Source: a virus. From it: a stretch of DNA of 64,000 bases. The position numbers and the translations under genes are program-made. Under the pieces are notes generated by a model that ran no database searches, was not told the origin of the DNA, and saw only the letters and a list, made by a program, of their open reading frames with translations. Shown here piece after piece: positions 10,090-19,513 of this stretch (positions are counted from its first letter, which is position 1; every line of letters begins with the position of its first letter). Where the stretch lies: the IMG/VR virus record IMGVR_UViG_3300046512_000174, positions 1-64,000 of that record; one strand, written 5' to 3'.

Positions 10090-10709
10090 CCGACTTTACC
10101 AAGCAGTATTCCGGCTATCGGTTCGTAAATACCCAGCGCGGCGACACGCTGCAGATGGTGGCGTTCCGTGAGCTTGGCAGCGCCAACGACTGGGCAAAAC
10201 TGGCATGGTTCAACGACCTGTTGCCGCCATTCATTACGGATGATGCGTCGCTGGCCGGTGACCGGGTGCTGCTGTCTGGGCAGCAGATAAAAATCCCTTC
10301 AACCGTGGCTGAGTCGGAGTCTTCGACCAGTGACGCAGATAATGTGCTGCTTACCGACTGCCGACTGCGAAACGGGAAGTTGTCGGTCGATCTTGAAACT
10401 GGCGACTTCGCGGTCGTGTCGGGACGCGATAATCTCAAGCAGGCCATCACATTCAGGATCGTGACCGATCAGGGCGAGCTGATTTTCCATCCGGCGTATG
10501 GATGCAAAATCAGTCGGCGGCGCGGAAACAAGAATGCGGCCGTAGCCACTCTCCTTGGCCGAATGGATCTTCAAGATGCGCTGGTGCAGGAGACCCGCCT
10601 GCGCCGAATCAACAGTATCACCACCACCAGTAGAGGTGATGTTCTGTCGGCATCTGTCGACGTCACACCGATTACTGGCGACTCAGTGCAAGTGGATGCG
10701 AGCGTATAA
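10086..10709 (+). CDS. Baseplate protein: LysM-like N-terminus plus gp25/W-like domain
   Basis: TQRGDTLQMVAFRELG (LysM-like) and VSGRDNLKQAI...GELIFHPAYG (gp25-like). Confidence 0.75.
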   Translation: MTDFTKQYSGYRFVNTQRGDTLQMVAFRELGSANDWAKLAWFNDLLPPFITDDASLAGDRVLLSGQQIKIPSTVAESESSTSDADNVLLTDCRLRNGKLSVDLETGDFAVVSGRDNLKQAITFRIVTDQGELIFHPAYGCKISRRRGNKNAAVATLLGRMDLQDALVQETRLRRINSITTTSRGDVLSASVDVTPITGDSVQVDASV

Positions 10710-11825
10710 ATGGCCTTTCAGGTAAAAGATTTCGTTTCGATTACCGCATCCATGATCAACTGGATGCGGGCGACTACCCGCCGGGTCAGCGACTACAACA
10801 TCGGTTCGATTGTTCGAACCATGCTCGAGGCCGTTGCGGCGGAAATCGACGAGCTGTATCAGCAGTTTTTCATCGGTGTCAAAGAGGCAATCCCGGTCTC
10901 GGTCTACAACTCGTTCAGCTTCGATAAGCTGGCGGCGATCAGCACCAATGGGCTGATTCGGGTCACGCTCACCCCGTCTGATACGGCCGGTCTGATCTCG
11001 GCCGGAACGACGTTCTCGGCCACCGGACTGCCTACGACTTATACGTCACTTACGGATGTGGTGGTCGGCATTGGCGTTTCGTCTGTCGACGTGTCTGTGA
11101 AGGCCGATATCGCAGGCTCGATCGGCAATATCGCCGCACTGCAAGAGTTCACTCTCAACCCGGCCCCGGACAACTTCGTCAGCGCGACCAACCTCACCGG
11201 CTGGGCTTCTGGCGTTGATGCCGAGACTGATGATGAGCGAAAGATCCGTTTCGCCGCTTACATCGCATCGATCAGCCGATCGACCAACGCAGCTCTGCGT
11301 TACGGCATGAGCACTGCGACGCTGGTGGACGCCAACGGCAATATCATTGAGCGTGTTGCTACCGCGATTACGGTAGAGCCGTATCTTGACGACTCTAACC
11401 AGCCGATCGCGAAGGTCGATTGCTACATCCACAACGGTGTCGGAGGAACCTCGTCTGCGCTTCTTGCGCGAACTACCCAGATTGTTGATGGCTATTACGA
11501 TGAGAATGGTGTGGCTGTTCCCGGATACAAAGCATCAGGGATCAAAACCACGGTATTCATTGCTGAGGAACAGCTGGTCACGGTTGTTGGCGAGATCACC
11601 CCGGAAGCGGGTTATGACGAGCCTACCCTGATCGCCAGCGCAACCACCACCGTATATGCCTATTTGCAAAACCTTGCGATCGGCGAGACTGCTGTGCTTG
11701 CTGAGGTGATCTATCTGGTCAAGGACATCGAGGGGGTTTATGACTTCCAGATGTCTACCCCATCAGCGAACGTGACTGTTGCGAAAAACAAGAAGCTGAT
11801 GCCCGGGAGTATCGACATCACATGA
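10710..11825 (+). CDS. Baseplate J-like wedge protein
   Basis: 371 aa with GSIGN and SGVDAETDDERKIRF motifs. Confidence 0.9.
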   Translation: MAFQVKDFVSITASMINWMRATTRRVSDYNIGSIVRTMLEAVAAEIDELYQQFFIGVKEAIPVSVYNSFSFDKLAAISTNGLIRVTLTPSDTAGLISAGTTFSATGLPTTYTSLTDVVVGIGVSSVDVSVKADIAGSIGNIAALQEFTLNPAPDNFVSATNLTGWASGVDAETDDERKIRFAAYIASISRSTNAALRYGMSTATLVDANGNIIERVATAITVEPYLDDSNQPIAKVDCYIHNGVGGTSSALLARTTQIVDGYYDENGVAVPGYKASGIKTTVFIAEEQLVTVVGEITPEAGYDEPTLIASATTTVYAYLQNLAIGETAVLAEVIYLVKDIEGVYDFQMSTPSANVTVAKNKKLMPGSIDIT

Positions 11826-14104
11826 ATCTGGTTCAGAAACTCCTCGGATTGCTGCACCGCGTTTTTGATCCTGACCCGGAGCAGTTTCTCGCGCTGCAAT
11901 TCCAGTACGACGGCCTGATGGTCTGGACCGTGGCTGATAACGTGCTGAGCACGTCTGTCACGGATGGCAGCGGCGAGAACCTATCGATCAATCTCGTCGA
12001 TTACACCATCAGCGGCCTGATCAATTTCATTTCGCAGCAGGCCGGGTACACGGTATCCACCAATGCGGCGCCTGATAAGCTCGCCCTTTCCGCGCGCACG
12101 CTCATCGACGGGAGCAAAAACCAGTTTGCGTCCAATGGCGACCATCTTTACGCCTATGCCAGTCTGATTTGGGTGTTCATGAGCGCTGTCGCCAGCGAAT
12201 TACGGGCAGCCGGCGCGCAGATCCCGCAGGCAATTCGCCAGATGACCGTGACTGAGGCGTCTGATGACTGGATCGACGAGCTGGGCGGCTACTACGGCGT
12301 AAAGCGCCAGCAGGGCGAGTCAGATGCCAGCTACGGACCGCGCATCATCGCGGAGGTTGTGCGGCCACGCTGCAACAACATCGCCATGGAGGCGGCCATC
12401 TCGCTTTACACGGGGCAGAGCACCAAGGTGACCGACGTCGTCATCTACGGCGCCAGTTTCCCGAAGTATGACAGCACAATTTTCCGCGACAGCGTGTATC
12501 AGTACCAGTCGGTATCAGCTCCGCAATACGGGTTGTTTGACGTCGAGTACGGATATGACCTGCTGGGTGGTGATGATGTAACGGACTTCTCGGCGCGCGT
12601 GCGTGGAATCATCGACACGCTGCGCGCTGCGGGTACTCACCTGCGATCGCTGGTGCTGAAAGCCGGTTCGTTTGGCGACACGCTGACGCCGCCGATTGAT
12701 GAGGCCATGCCGCTGCGCTTGACCTTCAATCAGGCAGACACCCTGACCGCGCCGAACGACGACCTGTTCACGTTTGACGCGGCTCTCGGCGCATTCAACG
12801 ACTCAGCTGCTTCTGGGACTGAAAGCGAGTTCAACGCGATTCACTACAACCAGCGGTACAACAGTGTTCGGACACGCAACAGCGCGATCAATTTCGCCGG
12901 CGGCACCATCGAAACATTCCCGGTTCTGGCGAAAGAGTGGCTATTCACCACCGGATCGCTTCCGGCAGACGTCAGTGTTTCGCGCGCAAGCGTTGGCGCT
13001 CGATTCAACGCGCAAGGGGTGCTTGAGTTCGTCGGCGCAGATCTCCCACGCTTTGACTACGACCCGTACACCAGGACCACGCGCGGACTGATGATCGAGG
13101 AGGCCCGCACCAACCTGCTGCCATATTCCAGCGACTTCACCAATGCTGCGTGGGGAAAAACCGCCTGTGCCGCATCTGTCAGCGCGATGAATGGCCCGGA
13201 CAACGCCACCGCTGCATCGCTGATCGTGCCGAACACCAGCAATACCTCGCACTACGTTGGATCGACTGCGATCGCGGTAACGGCATCAAAGGCCTACACC
13301 GAATCGATTTTCGTTAAGGCGGCCGGGTACACGCAGGTTCGCTTGCTGATATCCGATAACATTGGTCAGCTGATCGAAACCGTATTTGATACGGCAACGG
13401 GGACTGTGATCGCCGGCAGCACGGCTGCCATCATCACGCGAATGGCTAATGGCTGGTGGCGCGTGGCGCTGACAGCGATCACCAGCGTCGGAGCATCGAC
13501 ACTGACCCTGCAGGCGTGGGTATATTCTGCTGGGAGTGGCGTGTTCACAGGTGATGGCACGTCGGGCCTGTATCTATGGCACGCGCAAATGGAGCTTGGT
13601 GCGTTCGGCACTACACCGATCGTCACCGCCGGATCCGCAGCCACCCGCGCGGCAGACCTGCCAACAATTTCAAGTTTGTCGCCATGGTACAACGCATCGC
13701 TTGGCACCTTTATCGTCCATGCCACCGACCGCATGCCTTCGACCGCCAACGGATACACCCTCTCGATCGGTAGTGATAGTTCGAACTACATGGCATTCGG
13801 CCAAGTAACCACTGCTGGACCGACAGGGACGGCTGCATTTATCAAAGCCGGTGCAGGGCCAGTAGGGCCGGACCTATTCAACCGCAGCAAGATGGCGCTC
13901 GCGTGGAACGTGTCCGCTGTGAATCAGGCAGCGGATGGTGTAGCGCTTGGCGGTGCCACGCACAGCGGAATTCCGGTTGTCAGCAGTATCTGGCTGGGTC
14001 GAGGGCACTCAGGAGGCCCGACGGTCACCTGCTACATCCGCAAGATGACGTATTGGGCTGCGCGGTTCCCTGATGGGACTTTGAAAATCATGACCGAGGC
14101 CTGA
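11822..14104 (+). CDS. Baseplate wedge (gpI-like) fused to a C-terminal beta-sandwich spike/adhesin region
   Basis: WIDELGGYYGVKRQQGESDASY and LRAAGT motifs in the N-terminal half. SRAS...PRFDYDP...GLMIEEARTNLL module in the C-terminal half. Confidence 0.7.
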   Translation: MNLVQKLLGLLHRVFDPDPEQFLALQFQYDGLMVWTVADNVLSTSVTDGSGENLSINLVDYTISGLINFISQQAGYTVSTNAAPDKLALSARTLIDGSKNQFASNGDHLYAYASLIWVFMSAVASELRAAGAQIPQAIRQMTVTEASDDWIDELGGYYGVKRQQGESDASYGPRIIAEVVRPRCNNIAMEAAISLYTGQSTKVTDVVIYGASFPKYDSTIFRDSVYQYQSVSAPQYGLFDVEYGYDLLGGDDVTDFSARVRGIIDTLRAAGTHLRSLVLKAGSFGDTLTPPIDEAMPLRLTFNQADTLTAPNDDLFTFDAALGAFNDSAASGTESEFNAIHYNQRYNSVRTRNSAINFAGGTIETFPVLAKEWLFTTGSLPADVSVSRASVGARFNAQGVLEFVGADLPRFDYDPYTRTTRGLMIEEARTNLLPYSSDFTNAAWGKTACAASVSAMNGPDNATAASLIVPNTSNTSHYVGSTAIAVTASKAYTESIFVKAAGYTQVRLLISDNIGQLIETVFDTATGTVIAGSTAAIITRMANGWWRVALTAITSVGASTLTLQAWVYSAGSGVFTGDGTSGLYLWHAQMELGAFGTTPIVTAGSAATRAADLPTISSLSPWYNASLGTFIVHATDRMPSTANGYTLSIGSDSSNYMAFGQVTTAGPTGTAAFIKAGAGPVGPDLFNRSKMALAWNVSAVNQAADGVALGGATHSGIPVVSSIWLGRGHSGGPTVTCYIRKMTYWAARFPDGTLKIMTEA

Positions 14105-14115
14105 CAAGGCCTCGC

Positions 14116-14131
14116 GTCGTGACGCCAGACT
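14116..14131 (+). promoter_or_regulatory. Putative late promoter
   Basis: GTCGTGAC-GC-CAGACT upstream of tail-fibre genes. Confidence 0.65.
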
Positions 14132-14155
14132 GCGCGTACCGCACGGAGAACCCAC

Positions 14156-14611
14156 ATGACCGGCTTCAACCTAAAAGACCATTACGACAAAGCGCCAAGC
14201 GGCCTGTTTCTGCTGAAGGTTTACCGCGCTGGCGAACTGATCGAGGTCTTTGAAGAAAAGAACCTGATTGTTGATCTGTCGAAACAAATCCACGCGAAGC
14301 TGCTCGGCGGCGCAGTGGCAAACCAGTCTGTAACCCAGATCGGCTTTGGCACCAACAACACTGCGCCTGCCGTTGGAAACACTTCGTTAACCAGCCCGTA
14401 TTTGAAGGCCTTAGACAGCGTGACCTATCCGCTGACGAATCAGGTGTCTTTCAACTTCTCGCTGGGCACCACCGAAAACAACGGCGTCAACATCGGTGAA
14501 TTCGGCCTGTTCACCGCAGGCGGCACTTTGTACGCCCGCAAAACGCGAACCACTGTTCTTCCAAAAGCGTCCGACCTTTCGTTCGCGGGCTCTTGGATCA
14601 TTTCTTTCTGA
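14156..14611 (+). CDS. Tail collar/fibre-attachment protein
   Basis: GGAG SD, NLIV...IGFGT...IGEFGLF...LYARK pattern. Confidence 0.7.
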   Translation: MTGFNLKDHYDKAPSGLFLLKVYRAGELIEVFEEKNLIVDLSKQIHAKLLGGAVANQSVTQIGFGTNNTAPAVGNTSLTSPYLKALDSVTYPLTNQVSFNFSLGTTENNGVNIGEFGLFTAGGTLYARKTRTTVLPKASDLSFAGSWIISF

Positions 14612-14622
14612 GGCCCTGATTA

Positions 14623-15618
14623 ATGGCTAACCAACCGGAAGTCGCCGTCTACGACAGCGGCGTATACCAGATCGAGGTTTCCGACCCGGTAGATGGTGGC
14701 GTCGGCGCGAAAACGAACGCACCGCTGCTGGCGCTGGCGAACCGTACCGCGTACCTGAAAGCACACCTTGACGCTATCGAGGGCGGTGCGTTCCTTCTGC
14801 CCGGCTATGCGCTACTTGATTCGCCAGCCCTGATCAACTCGCCAACCGCGCCGACTCAAGCTGCTGGCGACAACTCGACCAAGATCGCAACCGATGCGTT
14901 CGTGCAGACAGCTGTTAACGGATCGGTCAGCGTCAGCGTAGCTGGCGGCGCTACTACCACGCTTACGCAAGCCCAGTATGGCGCTTCAAGCATCGTATTG
15001 ACCGGCGCCATCACAGCGAATAAGGCCGTCGTTCTGCCAAACGGTCCGGGCCGGTGGCTGGTCACCAACAACACGACCGGTGCATTCACTATCACGTTGA
15101 AAACGGCTGCAGGTACCGGCGTCGTGGTCACCCAAGGCAAGAGCACGCTGGTGTTCTCCGATGGGACTAACGTGCGCCTACAGCAGAGCGACTTTGTCAG
15201 CCCTGCACTGCTCGGTACGCCAACCGCGCCAACAGCTGCGCCGGGAACCAGCACCACGCAACTGGCGACAACTGAATTCGTCACGCTGGTTCAAGGACTT
15301 TCGGTCCCGCAAGATAGCTCGGTGGGCGCCGCCCAGCTGCCAACCGGCACTAATGCGCAGCGCCCGGCAAATGGCGCTGGCAAGCTTCGATTCAACACCG
15401 ACATCAATCGTGCCGAGATCAACAACGGCGCCGCATGGGGGTCGTTGGGCGGTGCCACTGGCGGCGGTAACGACGCAGTGTTTTACCTGAACGATCAAAC
15501 CATCAACAACGACTACACCGTTGCCGCCAACCAGAACGCGATGAGTGCTGGCCCAATCACCATTGCCAACGGCAAGACTGTCACGGTTTCGACCGGTGCC
15601 GTCTGGACCGTGGTTTGA
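14623..15618 (+). CDS. Tail fibre shaft protein
   Basis: N-terminal LANRTAYLK, two SPAL-G/N-PTAPT...T.LAT..FV repeats, C-terminal MSAGPITIANGKTVTVSTGAVWTVV cap. Confidence 0.85.
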   Translation: MANQPEVAVYDSGVYQIEVSDPVDGGVGAKTNAPLLALANRTAYLKAHLDAIEGGAFLLPGYALLDSPALINSPTAPTQAAGDNSTKIATDAFVQTAVNGSVSVSVAGGATTTLTQAQYGASSIVLTGAITANKAVVLPNGPGRWLVTNNTTGAFTITLKTAAGTGVVVTQGKSTLVFSDGTNVRLQQSDFVSPALLGTPTAPTAAPGTSTTQLATTEFVTLVQGLSVPQDSSVGAAQLPTGTNAQRPANGAGKLRFNTDINRAEINNGAAWGSLGGATGGGNDAVFYLNDQTINNDYTVAANQNAMSAGPITIANGKTVTVSTGAVWTVV

Positions 15619-15628
15619 GGATCTTTCG

Positions 15629-16036
15629 ATGAGTCTTATTCTTTCCGGCACCGGCGGCCTTACAATTCCAAGCGGAAGCGTATTATCTGCAAGTCCGGCA
15701 ACCGGAGATCGCTCTACTGCCATTGCGACGATGCAGAAATTCGCTGATGAGTTCAGCGCCAACCTTGCAGGCAACGGTTGGCAGAAATTTCCTAACGGCC
15801 TGATCATCCAATGGGGTCAGGGTGCTGCAAGCAGTTCAGTCAACACCTCGGTAAACATCAACTTCCCCACTGCATATACAGCTCAGGTTCTTTGTGTGTC
15901 TGTCACCAGAACATCCACCAACATTGCAACGGACATTAACAGCTTCGCTGTTGGCGCGATCTCCTCACTAACGAGCTTCCCAATAAAATGTCAGCTCGCT
16001 TCCGCAACATTTTTCTGGATGGCCTTGGGCTATTAA
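15629..16036 (+). CDS. Small tail-fibre tip protein 1 (gp53-like C-terminal domain)
   Basis: GAGG SD, ATMQKFADEF...NGWQKFPNGLIIQWG...FWMALGY. Confidence 0.75.
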   Translation: MSLILSGTGGLTIPSGSVLSASPATGDRSTAIATMQKFADEFSANLAGNGWQKFPNGLIIQWGQGAASSSVNTSVNINFPTAYTAQVLCVSVTRTSTNIATDINSFAVGAISSLTSFPIKCQLASATFFWMALGY

Positions 16037-16045
16037 GGGATTGCT

Positions 16046-16510
16046 ATGAGCACAGTAAAAGCCAACCGCTTGCAGCTCGGCCAGTCCGGCACCGCGACGC
16101 AGAACTTCACGTTGGATGCCTCGGCCGCTGACGGAACCATGAAGCTGGCACGCGGTGTTGCAGGCGGCACCACGCAGGACGTTATGCTTGTCAACGCCGC
16201 TGGCGAGGTGGATTTTCCCCAACTGGTGCGGCTTTATGGGTCAAATGGTTATCAAAAGATGCCCGGCGGCCTGATCTTGCAGTGGGGAGCGTCCACAACG
16301 CCCGCCGGGGGAACCATCGCCGTGGCATTCCCTATCATTTTCCCGAATGCACTATTTCAGGTTTATGCGGCTGACTACAGCGTTAGTAACGGCACTACCA
16401 ACATCATCGGCTGCGATGCTGGAACGGTAAATGGCTGTAACGTTTATACGAGTGACGCCGCAGGCACTGCTCAAGGGTCGAATTTCAAATGGTTCGCCAT
16501 TGGTAATTAA
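16046..16510 (+). CDS. Small tail-fibre tip protein 2 (gp53-like C-terminal domain)
   Basis: NGYQKMPGGLILQWG...FPIIFPN...WFAIGN. Confidence 0.75.
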   Translation: MSTVKANRLQLGQSGTATQNFTLDASAADGTMKLARGVAGGTTQDVMLVNAAGEVDFPQLVRLYGSNGYQKMPGGLILQWGASTTPAGGTIAVAFPIIFPNALFQVYAADYSVSNGTTNIIGCDAGTVNGCNVYTSDAAGTAQGSNFKWFAIGN

Positions 16511-16520
16511 GGAGAAATGT

Positions 16521-16859
16521 ATGTTTTCTGCAAACTCAACTCGCGGTTTTTATGACCCGGAAATCCACACCACGATGCCAGAAGACGCCATCGAGATGCC
16601 TGATGGTCTGCACGCTGAGCTGATGGCCGGGCAGTCTGAAGGGAAGGTCATCACGTGGGGTAAAAAGGGGCTTCCATATCTCGCTGATCGCCCAGCGCCA
16701 ACGACCGATGAGCTGAATGCCAGCGCCATTGCCGGCCGTGAAGCGGCCTACCGCAGCGAAGCGGACCCACTCTACTTCCAGTTCCAGCGTGGCGACGTCG
16801 AAAAGCAAGTCTGGCTCGACAAGATCGCTGAAATCAAAGCTCGCTTTCCGAAGGTGTAA
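16521..16859 (+). CDS. Tail fibre assembly chaperone
   Basis: AAGGAG SD, FS...GFYDPEIH..MPEDAIE...EADPLYF...IKARFP. Confidence 0.8.
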   Translation: MFSANSTRGFYDPEIHTTMPEDAIEMPDGLHAELMAGQSEGKVITWGKKGLPYLADRPAPTTDELNASAIAGREAAYRSEADPLYFQFQRGDVEKQVWLDKIAEIKARFPKV

Positions 16860-16861
16860 CC

Positions 16862-17323
16862 ATGTCCGTCTCTCTACGAGCTGATAGCGGTGGCGCAACT
16901 GGCGCTATCCAGCTGAATGGATCTGACAAGCTGGTGCTCAATGCCGACGGCACGTTGAGCGGTACGGCGAACCCGGCGACCGGCCTGCGCAGTCAGGCGC
17001 TGGCGACCATGCAGAAATTCGCCGATGAATTTAATTTATTGGCGGGCGACAATGGCTATCAGAAGCTTCCGAGCGGATTGATTATCCAATGGGGTTCTGT
17101 AACTTCTAGCGCTAGCGCTGACCTTGTTGTCAATTATCCAATTCAATTTCCAACCCTTCAATTCGCATTGGTTGCTACTGCGTATATCAGTGGAAACTCT
17201 ACCAGAGACACCAACGTCATGGTTCGCAGGGACGCTCCCGGACTCTCTCAGTTTTCAGTTGGTACGTTCCTTACCGCTACTCGAATATCTGAAGCTATTT
17301 TCTGGATGGCTCTTGGACGCTAG
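16862..17323 (+). CDS. Small tail-fibre tip protein 3 (gp53-like C-terminal domain)
   Basis: ATMQKFADEF...NGYQKLPSGLIIQWG...FWMALGR, AT-richer 3' half. Confidence 0.75.
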   Translation: MSVSLRADSGGATGAIQLNGSDKLVLNADGTLSGTANPATGLRSQALATMQKFADEFNLLAGDNGYQKLPSGLIIQWGSVTSSASADLVVNYPIQFPTLQFALVATAYISGNSTRDTNVMVRRDAPGLSQFSVGTFLTATRISEAIFWMALGR

Positions 17324-17346
17324 TAATCGCCCAGTAAAATAGTATC

Positions 17347-17362
17347 GTCGTGATGCCACCAT
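17347..17362 (+). promoter_or_regulatory. Putative late promoter for lysis cassette
   Basis: GTCGTGAT-GC-CACCAT. Confidence 0.65.
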
Positions 17363-17394
17363 CCGCTTAGTCACCCAACTAAGCGGATTTTCAC

Positions 17395-17703
17395 ATGACT
17401 CCATTCCGTCGCATCAAAGCCCTTGTCGATACGTCGGCGTGGATCCTGATTGCACCCTCTCTGATTGCCCTGTTCTTTATCGATGAGTCGATGCTCACCA
17501 CACTGGTGCAATGGCTGGTGTTCGCTCCGGTGCTCGCCGGTGTAGCCGTGATCGTCAGCCGCATCGTTTTCCCGCAGATCCACCTGACTGACTTGGTCAG
17601 CGAGGCGATGCGCGGGAATCGTGCTGCAGCGACCGTGGCGGGCGCTCTGGTGATCTTTGTCGCCATTCTGGTGCTGGCGCTCGCTATCTGGTCTCGCGCC
17701 TGA
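17395..17703 (+). CDS. Holin (three predicted TM segments)
   Basis: 102 aa, three hydrophobic stretches, directly upstream of endolysin. Confidence 0.7.
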   Translation: MTPFRRIKALVDTSAWILIAPSLIALFFIDESMLTTLVQWLVFAPVLAGVAVIVSRIVFPQIHLTDLVSEAMRGNRAAATVAGALVIFVAILVLALAIWSRA

Positions 17704-18401
17704 TGAGCCGCCTCCTGATCGCCCTGCTGGTGCTTCTGTCGGTGCCGGCTGCCGCTGAATCCGTTCCTGCGCGCGCTGAGATCTACTTGCCGACTCTGGT
17801 TGGCGCCCAGCGCTCGATCTGGCCGGACGCGCCAACCCCATCGTTTCTGGCTGGGCAGGTCGAACAGGAATCGTGCATCACGCTCAAGCACTCTAAATGC
17901 TGGAACCCTACCGCGCAGCTGAAGACCTCTCGCGAATGGGGGCGCGGCCTTGGCCAAGTCACCACCGCATATCGCACCGACGGATCTGTTCGGTTCGACA
18001 AGCAGGAGGAGTTGCGGCAGCAGTTTCCTTCGCTTCGCGGCTGGACCACGGCGCGCTGGGCAGACGCCACCTTCCAGATGACTGCCATCGTCGAGATGGA
18101 CAAATCGATTTACACCCGGCAGCGCGATGCGGCTACACCCCGTGACCGTCTGGCGTTCACCCTGTCAGCTTACAATGGCGGCGAGGGTGGTGTTCTTCAG
18201 GATCGTCGACTCTGCGCAAACACCAAGGGCTGCGACCCGACGCGATGGTCTGGCCACGTCGAGCGCACCAGCCTGAAAAACAGGGTGGCCAGTTCCGGCT
18301 ACGGCAAATCATTTTTCGAGATCAACCGCGAGTACGTCACCAACATCCTCGATGTAAGGCGGCACAAATATGAACCCTATTTTCAGGGCGAGCCTAAATG
18401 A
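17703..18401 (+). CDS. Endolysin, SLT-family transglycosylase with N-terminal signal peptide
   Basis: QVEQES catalytic Glu, GLGQ, SAYNGG, N-terminus MSRLLIALLVLLSVPAAA. Confidence 0.85.
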   Translation: MSRLLIALLVLLSVPAAAESVPARAEIYLPTLVGAQRSIWPDAPTPSFLAGQVEQESCITLKHSKCWNPTAQLKTSREWGRGLGQVTTAYRTDGSVRFDKQEELRQQFPSLRGWTTARWADATFQMTAIVEMDKSIYTRQRDAATPRDRLAFTLSAYNGGEGGVLQDRRLCANTKGCDPTRWSGHVERTSLKNRVASSGYGKSFFEINREYVTNILDVRRHKYEPYFQGEPK

Positions 18402-18625
18402 ATCCAGTACAACGTGATGAATTTCAAGAACTTGAGATCACGGTGCAGCACGTCGACCGCAATGTCATCCGCCTGCAAGAGCAGGTGAAATCGATGCAAA
18501 AAACCATTGAAGACTTGGTGTCGCGCGCCGAATTCGCACCGGTCAAACTGATCGCCTACGGACTGGCCACTGCCGTCGGCTCATCGGTCATTTTCGCCAT
18601 CTTGGCCAAGGTGATTATAAAATGA
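18398..18625 (+). CDS. Small coiled-coil protein with C-terminal TM (lysis accessory)
   Basis: 75 aa, ATGA overlaps, C-terminal hydrophobic helix. Confidence 0.6.
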   Translation: MNPVQRDEFQELEITVQHVDRNVIRLQEQVKSMQKTIEDLVSRAEFAPVKLIAYGLATAVGSSVIFAILAKVIIK

Positions 18626-19092
18626 CAGTTCGCATGGCTTTCCGCGATCGCGCCTTCGTGTGCGTCAGCGTGTATCTGGCGGGTCTGTTCATCTCGCTGG
18701 TTCTGCTGGGCTGGCTGGTGTTCGTTGGCGGAAACCCGCTAACCGTCAAGAACTACGGCGCCGTAAGCTCGACCGGATTTCCCAATGATCGGTTCCACGC
18801 CGGTGATGTGGCCGGCATCAAGCGCCAGCTGTGCGCTGACAAGGACATGGCCATCCAGCTATTCCCCGCCCTGAAAGACTCTCGCGGTTTTCTGTTCCCC
18901 TTGCCGGTCACCATGAGCGAGACCATGTCCGGCTGCCATGACAATATCTACGGTTTCGTCATCCCAAACCTCCCGGCAGGGGAATATACCTACGTCAGCA
19001 GTATCAGGTTCCAGAACAACTTGGTCGGGCGTGATGAAGCGACTACCTTCCCACCCATTCGCGTAAGGATCATGTATGAGCGCAATAATTGA
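18622..19092 (+). CDS. Membrane-anchored protein with periplasmic domain (lysis accessory)
   Basis: N-terminal TM, two Cys in the beta-rich C-terminal domain. Confidence 0.55.
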   Translation: MTVRMAFRDRAFVCVSVYLAGLFISLVLLGWLVFVGGNPLTVKNYGAVSSTGFPNDRFHAGDVAGIKRQLCADKDMAIQLFPALKDSRGFLFPLPVTMSETMSGCHDNIYGFVIPNLPAGEYTYVSSIRFQNNLVGRDEATTFPPIRVRIMYERNN

Positions 19093-19513
19093 TATTGCGC
19101 TCGGCACAGCGTCGAGCGCCGTAAAGAAAGCAATCCTACCGTGGCTGATTCTTGCGGCGACGCTGGCCCTCGGTACAGCAGGTGCTGCAGGGATGTACGC
19201 TGGCTTTGAGATCTCCAACGCCCGCCATGCGCGTGATCGCGAAGCCCTGCAGGCCGCGCAGCTCGAAGCTATGACGATCTCGAAAGACGCACTAAAGGTG
19301 GCAATAGCCAACGGTAATCAAGTGTCTGGCGAGTTTTTGGCTGCATTGAAAGGGATCCAGATCGTCAATACGACGATCACCAACGAGGTCCGCAAGGAAA
19401 CTGAGAAGCTGATTTATACCGACTGCAAGCTTCCAGACAGCGGCGCAGACCTACTAAAACGCAACCGCGACTCTGTGAACTTGCGCCTGCTTGGAAAGGG
19501 GAAAAATAAATGA
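19076..19513 (+). CDS. i-spanin (Rz-like)
   Basis: N-terminal TM, helical periplasmic domain, IYTDCKLP motif, followed by lipoprotein. Confidence 0.75.
   Translation: MSAIIDIALGTASSAVKKAILPWLILAATLALGTAGAAGMYAGFEISNARHARDREALQAAQLEAMTISKDALKVAIANGNQVSGEFLAALKGIQIVNTTITNEVRKETEKLIYTDCKLPDSGADLLKRNRDSVNLRLLGKGKNK

Noticed and set aside
15629-17323. Diversity-generating retroelement or shufflon at the fibre tips
   Set aside because: No reverse transcriptase, no adenine-specific TR/VR pair, all tips in the same orientation with their own start codons, no adjacent invertase.
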